Shown: piece after piece, positions 55,319 to 64,000 of the stretch
Position numbering within the stretch: position 1 is the first letter of the stretch
How the letters are laid out: the number at the start of each line of letters is the position of its first letter
Assembly: GCA_964016885.1 (NCBI GenBank)
Contig: OZ024758.1
Coordinates: forward strand, 25,358,001-25,422,000
DNA length: 64,000 nucleotides
Source of the DNA: Eledone cirrhosa
Taxonomy: Eukaryota
Reading direction: 5' to 3'
The notes under the pieces: generated by a model
Told to the model about the DNA's origin: nothing
Database searches by the model: none
Seen by the model: only the letters and a program-made list of their open reading frames with translations
Made by a program: the position numbers and the translations under genes

Positions 55319-56055
55319 TATACATCGAAGTGGTGGTGCCATAATAAGTTACACCAAGTACATACCAAGATGTGATTGACATTAGGAAGGGTATCCAGCC
55401 TTAGAAACCATGCAAGAATGGAATAGAGGAACAAAACACATTCATATGACCTGTTTAACCTCATGATGTGACAACCTGTCTAACCCATCCAAGGCTGGAA
55501 AATAGGTGTAAAATGATGGTGATGAGGATGATGATGATCTCATGTCTATCCTAGTACATTCATTTCAGTTACCAGCTGATATTATCAATGACCAGATATT
55601 TCTTTAGCTTACCTGGGTTCCACCTTTCACTTAAGTTAACATTCCACGCACACGCACACACACAAACACAGACACACACACACACAAACACGCACACACA
55701 CAGACACAGACACACACAAACACAGACACACACAAACACAGACACACACACAAACACAGACACACACAAACACAGACACACGCAAACACAGACACACGCA
55801 AACACAGACACACGCACACACAGACACACGCACACACACGCACACACACACACAGACACACACACACTGACACACACACACACACACACTGACACACATT
55901 CACGCACACTGATACACACAGACGCACTCACATACACATGGGCGCGCACACACATATACATACACACACACACATACATATATATATACACACACACACA
56001 CACATATATACACACACACACACACATATATACACACACACACACACACATATAT

Positions 56056-56102
<47 letters not shown>

Positions 56103-56105
56103 CAC

Positions 56106-56138
<33 letters not shown>

Positions 56139-56436
56139 TACATATACACACACACACACATATATACACATACACACACACACACACTCACTCACATACA
56201 CACAGACCCTCAACATTGCCAAATACTTCTCATACTCACTAATCTGTATTCAACTCTACTCTCAATATTTAACTCTCAGCAAGGAACATTCCGTTGTAGA
56301 ATATATTCATTTATTTTGGCTCAGTTTTTATATTCGGGGTTTTTGTTGGAAAAACTACAGTTGTGTGAATCCTGTCCATATATTACAAATACTCTCAATC
56401 CTGGTGTGTTAGAGGGTAAAGTGGACTCTAGCATGA

Positions 56437-56655
56437 TTTAACCCTTTAGTATTTAACCCTTTAGTATTTAACCCTTTAACATTTAACCCTTTAGCATTTA
56501 ACCCTTTAGCATTTAACCCTTTAGCAGTTAACCCTTTAGCAGTTAACCCTTTAGCATTTAACCCTTTAGCATTTAACCCTTTAGCAGTTAACCCTTTAGC
56601 AGTTAACCCTTTAGCAGTTAACCCTTTAGCATTTAACCCTTCAGCATTTAACTCT
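56437..56655. repeat. 14-bp tandem array of the piggyBac-MITE terminus (ttaaccctttagca)n
   Basis: About 15 units, each equal to the TTAA target plus the first 10 bp of the TIR. Confidence 0.9.
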
Positions 56656-56816
56656 AAGGGGGCAGTAGGGACGGTAGAGATGATATAATAGTATATTAAA
56701 TATCAAATGATACATACTATATATAAATATAGTAAAATAAAAAAATAGATATTTATTTATACATAGTATATATTATATTATTCATTATATATAAATTAAC
56801 GATTTTATTTAATATA

Positions 56817-57164
56817 TCATCATCATTTCATCATCATTTCATTTTACGTCCGCTTTTCCCTGCTTGCAAGGGTGGGACGGGAACTGATTCTGGCTTGATT
56901 TCTACAGCTGGATGCCCTTCCTAACACCAACCTCATTTACAGTGAGTGCTGGGTGCTTTTTTGCCATGGCACCTCCACGATCAATTTGCAGTGGAATGAT
57001 AGGGATCCCATTCCCTATCATTTCATTTCTATAGCTGAGTAAACTGGAGCAATGTGAAATAAAGTGTCTTGCTCAAGGAAACAACACATCACCCGGTCTG
57101 AGAATTGAACTCACAACCTTTCGATTGCAAGGCGAATGCTCTAACCACTAAGCCATGTGCCTCC
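56817..57164 (-). mobile_element. Full-length CORE-type SINE with RTE tail, inserted into an hAT-like MITE
   Basis: Reverse complement of 26497-26852. Its flanks rejoin to match 1151-1365. Confidence 0.8.
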
Positions 57165-58034
57165 ATATATTATTTACAATTTGTGTGTAGGCAGGTCTTT
57201 CTGGAAATAGGGCTGGGGGAGTGCTGAAGGTATTACGTAGCTGTGAGGAAGGTGGTGGGCTAAAAAGTTTGAGAACTTCTGGTCTATGGCCTGATATTAC
57301 ATTTATGAGACACAATTAAAAATTGAAAGGAAACTGTTCAAGTGAGAATCAACTAGCATTAAAGTTTTACCAAAAACTCACCGCCAAAATACAAACCTTG
57401 CACCTGCACCGTTCATTGTTTTTTTTTTCCTTGCTAACCATTTTACAGTCCCCATTATAGCAAGGATGGGTTATTGTCAGAATTACAAGTGTTGCTATTT
57501 ATATTAGTATAAATCTTCTTCCTGCCTTTGTCATCTTTTTTCATTGTTTTGTTCTTCAGTACATAGTTTGGTACGAAAAAGAAATTAAGCAATGAAATAA
57601 AGGGTAAGGGGAAGAGAATGATAGACTCTACATCCCTGTCTGAGCAGTGTGTTTCAGCTGTGCCTTGTAGAGAAAATGGCAAAGGTATTGCCATAGAGAA
57701 TAGCCAGTGTCACCTACTGCAACAGCCTCCTCCACCTCACAGGGCGCCTTCCTCAGGCAGGTGGCTGTCTTTCCAATTTTATGGAGGAAAACAGCAGTTT
57801 GGGGACCGAGGACACCTGTGGTCTCAATGGTGACCAGTGCAAAAAAGTTGTTGGTGAAGCCTCAGTGCATTTCTGGCAGCGGTGTCCAGGTTTGCAGCCA
57901 AAGGGTATCTCAAAGCATGATAGGTAAAGTTGCCTCCAGTAGGATTTGAACTCAGGACATTAAAGGTACTTAATTAAATCCCACAAGACATTTTGTCTGA
58001 TTCCCTTACAATCATACCAGCCCACTGTACTTAT

Positions 58035-58676
58035 CCGCCTCCTCCTCATCCTTGTCCTCCTCGTCCTCCTCATCCTTGTCCTCCTCGTCCTCCTCTTCCT
58101 CCTCCTCGTCCTTGTCCTCCTTGTCCTCCTCGTCCTTGTCCTCCTCGTCCTCCTCTTCCTCCTCCTCGTCCTTGTCCTCCTCGTCCTCCTCATCCTTGTC
58201 CTCCTCGTCCTCCTCGTCCTCCTCCTCGTCCTTGTCCTCCTTGTCCTTGTCCTCCTCGTCCTCCTCTTCCTCCTCCTCGTCCTCCTCTTCCTCCTCCTCG
58301 TCCTTGTCCTCCTCGTCCTCCTCATCCTTGTCTTCCTCCTCCTCGTCCTCCTCTTCCTCCTCCTCGTCCTCCTCATCCTTGTCTTCCTCCTCCTCGTCCT
58401 CCTCTTCCTCCTCCTCGTCCTCCTCTTCCTCCTCCTCGTCCTCCTCATCCTTGTCTTCCTCCTCCTCGTCCTCCTCTTCCTCCTCCTCTTCCTCCTCCTC
58501 GTCCTCCTCTTCCTCCTCCTTGTCCTCCTTGTCCTTGTCCTCCTCTTCCTCCTCTTCCTCCTCCTCGTCCTCCTCTTCCTCCTCCTCATCCTTGTCCTCC
58601 TCTTCCTCCTCCTCGTCCTTGTCCTCCTCCTCTTCCTCCTCCTCTTCCTTGTCCTCCTCGTCCTCCTCTTCCTCCT
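58035..58676. repeat. Pyrimidine-rich trinucleotide-based repeat (cct/cgt/ctt/tgt)
   Basis: Directly visible; source of the poly-S, poly-P and poly-R ORFs. Confidence 0.95.
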
Positions 58677-58710
58677 TTTTTTCTTATCATTTCTTATTTT
58701 TATTATTTAA

Positions 58711-59285
58711 GGGGCAGTGGATTGGCAGAATCGGTAGAGCGTCAGACACCATGCTTTGCGGCATAGAGTTGTGGCCCTTTACGTTCTGAGTTCAAATCCC
58801 GTCGAGGTTAACTTTGCCTTTCATCCTTACGGGGGTCGATAAAATAAAGTACCAGTAATACACTGGGGTAATTGCTGGCCTTGTGCCAAAAGTAGCAACA
58901 ATTATTAGTGGCAGTATTGGTAGAGCATCAGACCACATGCTTTACTTTAGAGTTATGGCCCTTTGCGTTCTGAGTTCAAATCCTGCCGAGGCTAGCTTTA
59001 CCTTTCATCCTTATGGGGTCGATAAAATAAAGTACCAGTCACGCACTGGGGTCGATTTAATCGACTTTCCCCTCCCCCCAAATTGTTGGCCTTGTGCCTA
59101 TACTAGAAATCATTATTAGGATGATGGATTGGCAGTATCAGTTGAGTGCCAGACAACTTGCTTCATGACGTAGAGTTACGTCCCTTTAAGTTCTGAGTTC
59201 AAATCCTGCCAAGGTTAGCTTTGCCTTTCGTCCTTACGGAATCGATAAAATAGAGTACCAGTAATGCAATGGGGTCGATTTAATT
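58711..59285 (+). mobile_element. Head-to-tail array of three Meta-type SINEs
   Basis: Heads at about 58711, 58908 and 59124. Confidence 0.85.
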
Positions 59286-59944
59286 AGTGGATTTTGCTAA
59301 AAGTTAGAGACGAACTAGATCCTGTTGTTGAAGTGAGAGAATCTGCCACTGAAGTAGGACTCAGCAATATTTGAACTCAGAATGTTAAGAGCTGGAATAC
59401 AGTATTCTTCCATGTATACCACACAGGTTTTTTTCACTTTATTCCTTGTTTGTTTTTGGGGTGTGCAGTATACAGCAAAATTAGGCTTTTCCAGACATTT
59501 TTCTGGTCAAAGACGGGTGCATGTTATACACAAATGCATGCAATACACAAGAAAATTACTGCAAGGCATCTTATTCAATGCTCTCTAGCAATATGGCCAG
59601 TTCATTGACTTAAAACTGGGTACTTTATTTATCTACTCCAGAAGGACGAAAGGCAAAGTTGTCCCCAGCAAGATTTGAACTCTGAATGTAAGCTGCCGGA
59701 ATAAATACAGTAAGGCATTTCATCAAATGCTGTGATGCTACATAAGGGTTATAAGGAGAGTGGAACATCTCCCAGTATACTGTTAGACACAACTCACTAT
59801 CTTCAAAATCACCTCCATGACCTGACATTTCTTCCCCCAAGGTGGTATTACCCTCCTGACTGACTCCTATCAATGCCTCCCAGTACTGGTGATACATCAA
59901 AAAGCACACAGTCCACCCAGTAATGTTGTAGTGTTGGTGCCATG

Positions 59945-60732
59945 TTAAAAAGTACCCAGTGCAATAGGGGCTGGTGATACATCAAAATGTACCCAGTGCA
60001 ATAGGGGCTGGTGATGCATCAAAAAGTACCCAGTGCAATAGGGGCTGGTGATACATCAAAAAGTACCCAGTGCAATAGGGGCTGGTGATACATCAAAAAG
60101 TACCCAGTGCAATAGGGGCTGGTGATGCATCAAAAAGTACCCAGTGCAATAGGGTCTGGTGATACATCAAAAAGTACCCAGTGCAATAGGGGCTGGTGAT
60201 ACATCAAAAAGTACCCAGTGCAATAGGGGCTGGTGATACATCAAAAAGTACCCAGTGCAATAGGGGCTGGTGATACATCAAAAAGTACCCAGTGCAATAG
60301 GGGCTGGTGATACATCAAAAAGTACCCAACCCAACCTGTAATGTAGTAGTACTGGTGCCATGTTAAAAAGCACCCAAGGCAATAGGGGTTGGTACTACAT
60401 CAAAAAGCACCTAGTCCATCCTGTAATGTAGTAGTGATGGGACCATGTTAAAAAGCACCTAGTCCATCCTGTAATGTAGTAGTGATGGGGCCATGTTAAA
60501 AAGCACCTAGTCCATCCTGTAATGTAGTAGTGATGGGGCCATGTTAAAAAGCACCTAGTCCATCCTGTAATGTAGTAGTGATGGGACCATGTTAAAAAGC
60601 ACCTAGTCCATCCTGTAAGGTGGTAGTGATGGGGCCATGTTAAAAAGCACCTAGTCCATCCTGTAAGGTGGTAGTGATGGGGCCATGTTAAAAAGCACCT
60701 AGTCCATCCTGTAAGGTGGTAGTGATGGAGCC
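59945..60732. repeat. Adjacent 39-bp and 48-bp minisatellites inside an RTE-tailed SINE-like element
   Basis: aaaaagtacccagtgcaataggggctggtgatacatca x about 10, then aaaaagcacctagtccatcctgtaatgtagtagtgatggggccatgtt x about 7, then gttggcattaggaagggcatctagctgtagaaac. Confidence 0.9.
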
Positions 60733-61302
60733 ACAATAAAATAATCCCAATACATGTTGTAGAGTAGTTGGCATTAGGAAGGGCATCTAGCTGTAGAAAC
60801 CAAGCTAAAACTGGAGCATACAAGCTAGGTGTTGTTGCCTGACCAGTCTAACCTCAGTACATGACAACCCACTTAACTCATGCAAGCATGGAAAAATTGA
60901 TATTAAACGGTAATAATAATGATGATGATGATGATGAATATTGATTTATTTTTACTCTGAATGAGAGCAATTTTTGTAAGATAAAAATATTCTCAATTAA
61001 AATTTCTTCACTTTCCCTAAAAGACTAAAACCTAAAGTCACCAACTCAAGAACTAGAAATCAGAACAGTGAAGAGCATTATAATGAAGTAGCACTTTTAC
61101 TTAATTAATTGCTTTACTATCTCTACTATATTTACCACCATCATCATCATCATCATCATCGTTTAATGTCCATTTTCCATGCTAGCATGGGTAGGACCAG
61201 CTGACCCTTTGTGAAAGAATCAGGTCTGAGGACCTTATTTCCACTCACCCAGGGCTTATTTTGGCTTGGTTTCTACAGCTGGATGCCCTTCCTAATGCCA
61301 AC

Positions 61303-63236
61303 CGCATTTACAGTGTGTGCTGGGTGCTTTTTGTGATGTCACCCACACGACCACTTTACAGTGTGTGCTGGGTGCTTTTTGTGATGTCACCCACACGACC
61401 ACTTTACAGTGTGTGCTGGGTGCTTTTTGTGATGTCACCTAAACAACCACTTTACAGTGTGTGCTGGGTGCTTTTTGTCATGTCACCTTAACAACCACTT
61501 TACAGTGTGTGCTGGGTGCTTTTTGTCATGTCACCTAAACAACCACTTTACAGTGTGTGCTGGGTGCTTTTTGTCATGTCACCTACACAACCACTTTACA
61601 GTGTGTGCTGGGTGCTTTTTGTGATGTCACCTACACGACCACTTTACAGTTTGCGCTGGGTGCTTTTTGTGATGTCACCTACACAACCACTTTACAGTGT
61701 GTGCTGGGTGCTTTTTGTCATGTCACCTACACAACCACTTTACAGTGTGTGCTGGGTGCTTTTTGAGATGTCACCCACACGACCACTTTACAGTGTGCGC
61801 TGGGTGCTTTTTGTGATGTCACCTACACAACCACTTTACAGTGTGTGCTGGGTGCTTTTTGTCATGTCACCTACACAACCACTTTACAGTGTGTGCTGGG
61901 TGCTTTTTGAGATGTCACCCACACGACCACTTTACAGTGTGCGCTGGGTGCTTTTTGTGATGTCACCTAAACAACCACTTTACAGTGTGTGCTGGGTGCT
62001 TTTTGTGATGTCACCTAAACAACCACTTTACAGTGTGTGCTGGGTGCTTTTTGTCATGTCACCTAAACAACCACTTTACAGTGTGTGCTGGGTGCTTTTT
62101 GTCATGTCACCTACACAACCACTTTACAGTGTGTGCTGGGTGCTTTTTGTCATGTCACCTACACAACCACTTTACAGTGTGTGCTGGGTGCTTTTTGAGA
62201 TGTCACCCACACGACCACTTTACAGTGTGCGCTGGGTGCTTTTTGTGATGTCACCTAAACAACTACTTTACAGTGTGTGCTGGGTGCTTTTTGTGATGTC
62301 ACCTACACAACCACTTTACAGTGTGTGCTGGGTGCTTTTTGTGATGTCACCTACACAACCACTTTACAGTGTGTGCTGGGTGCTTTTTGTCATGTCACCT
62401 AAACAACCACTTTACAGTGTGTGCTGGGTGCTTTTTGTGATGTCACCTACACAACCACTTTACAGTGTGTGCTGGGTGCTTTTTGTGATGTCACCTACAC
62501 AACCACTTTACAGTGTGTGCTGGGTGCTTTTTGTCATGTCACCTAAACAACCACTTTACAGTGTGCGCTGGGTGCTTTTTGAGATGTCACCCACACGACC
62601 ACTTTACAGTGTGCGCTGGGTGCTTTTTGTGATGTCACCTAAACAACCACTTTACAGTGTGCGCTGGGTGCTTTTTGTGATGTCATCTAAACAACCACTT
62701 TACAGTGTGTGCTGGGTGCTTTTTGTCATGTCACCTACACAACCACTTTACAGTGTGTGCTGGGTGCTTTTTGTCATGTCACCTACACAACCACTTTACA
62801 GTGTGTGCTGGGTGCTTTTTGTGATGTCACCTAAACAACCACTTTACAGTGTGTACTGGGTGCTTTTTGTCATGTCACCTACACAACCACTTTACAGTGT
62901 GTGCTGGGTGCTTTTTGTGATGTCACCTAAACAACCACTTTACAGTGTGCGCTGGGTGCTTTTTGTGATGTCACCTAGACAACCACCTTATAGTGTGGGC
63001 TGAGTGCTTTTTGTGATGTCACCTACACGACCACCTTATAGTGTGGGCTGAGTGCTTTGAGTTGTGATGTCACCTACACAACCACTTTACAGTGTGTGCT
63101 GGGTGCTTTTTGTGATGTCACCTAAACAACCACTTTACAGTGTGGGCTGAGTGCTTTTTGTGATGTCACCTACACGACCACCTTATAGTGTGGGCTGAGT
63201 GCTTTGAGTTGTGACTCCTACGCAACCACCTTACAG
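61303..63236. repeat. 45-bp satellite expanded inside an RTE-tailed SINE-like element (minus strand)
   Basis: About 43 units ccactttacagtgtgtgctgggtgctttttgtgatgtcacctacacaa, directly continuing from the element at 61140-61302. Confidence 0.95.
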
Positions 63237-64000
63237 CGTTTATTATTAGGTTTAGTTTATTCCATGAGCTCAGCTGGTCTTGCTCGGGGATTTAGCCAGA
63301 TCAATTGTTAGAGACAGTTGCTTGTGACTGGACCTGCTGGACGGCATGTTTCAGGACTCTTCCCCAGTGAACTTCCCATGACTAAGTGGGCAAAGAATGT
63401 AAGAAAAAGAAGAATGTAAGAAAAAGAAGAATGTAAGAAGAAGAAGAATGTAAGAAGAAGATTTATTTGATATTAAAAATCTAACAAGGAATAATATTCA
63501 TAATGGAATGGTCTAGTAACTTTTTAACGATAAGACAGTAAAATTATGCAACAATTTCGACTATCTTTTATGTAACTAAACCAAGCCTCTGTACAGATAA
63601 CTAGCGTTTTCACAACTCGTCAAAAATAGACTAACTAAAGTGAAAGTTTTTAATTAACTTACTGTCTCATGTATTTTAATTCTATTCTGCTTGTTTCCTA
63701 TTAACATCTGAACCGGGATAGAAAAAAGATAAGAACATATTACTTATTAATACTCTTTTCTATTTTATTTTTGTCCTCAGTCCATGAAATATTATTACTT
63801 GGGTGTGTCTTGGTAGTTTAATTTTTAAAACAATGTAGCTTTTTATCCTTTCTTGTTTACTTTAAAATTATCCATTTTAGAGGCTTAGTGATTCGTTCAG
63901 TGATGCTTAACTTTCGTGACAATAAATCCTTGGTTCATTATTAAAGAATGATAGGTGGAGGGTGTAGTTTGTCTTGTAGATAAGATTTACTGCTATATTT

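Noticed and set aside
57618-57833. Cys-containing ORF (PCRENGKGIAIENSQCHLLQQPPPP) vaguely like a thrombospondin repeat of ADAMTS
   Set aside because: No WxxW/CSxxC motif and no good acceptor, and it would precede the catalytic exons, which is the wrong order.
57960-58789. Poly-Ser, poly-Pro and poly-Arg ORFs
   Set aside because: Low-complexity trinucleotide repeat running into a SINE.
61507-63003. 498-aa repeat ORF (YSVCWVLFVMSPTQPL)n
   Set aside because: 45-bp satellite derived from a SINE-like element; the frame stays open because the unit is a multiple of 3.
63881-63945. Candidate exon 3 after ttttag (GLVIRS... frame)
   Set aside because: The phase-0 reading required after exon 2 stops after 9 codons; the GLVIR frame is out of phase and also stops quickly.

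Overview
Eukaryotic, AT-rich, repeat-saturated animal DNA. The SINE families and the (TA)n/(CA)n density point to an octopod cephalopod (inference). The only supportable host gene is the 5' part of an ADAMTS/ADAM-type (M12B) metalloprotease on the + strand: a signal-peptide exon (7506-7605) and a prodomain exon (8684-9039), followed by an intron of at least 55 kb that runs past the window end. Nearly all other ORFs in the track are translations of microsatellites or satellites. The window holds about 30 tRNA-derived Meta-type SINE copies, CORE-type SINEs sharing a 3' tail with neighbouring RTE LINE fragments, CR1 and RTE fragments, non-autonomous Helitrons, and hAT, Tc1/mariner and piggyBac-type MITEs. 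It also holds several multi-kb satellites (one 38-bp satellite with a 33-mer higher-order repeat) and an interstitial telomeric array. The most notable hidden signal is a dispersed set of about 10 minimal type-I hammerhead-ribozyme motifs next to (TA)n tracts, resembling Penelope pseudo-LTRs. They show compensatory stems and a shared pyrimidine-pyrimidine mismatch in stem II, and several are locked inside near-perfect fold-back palindromes. All assignments were made by eye without database searches, and most boundaries are approximate.
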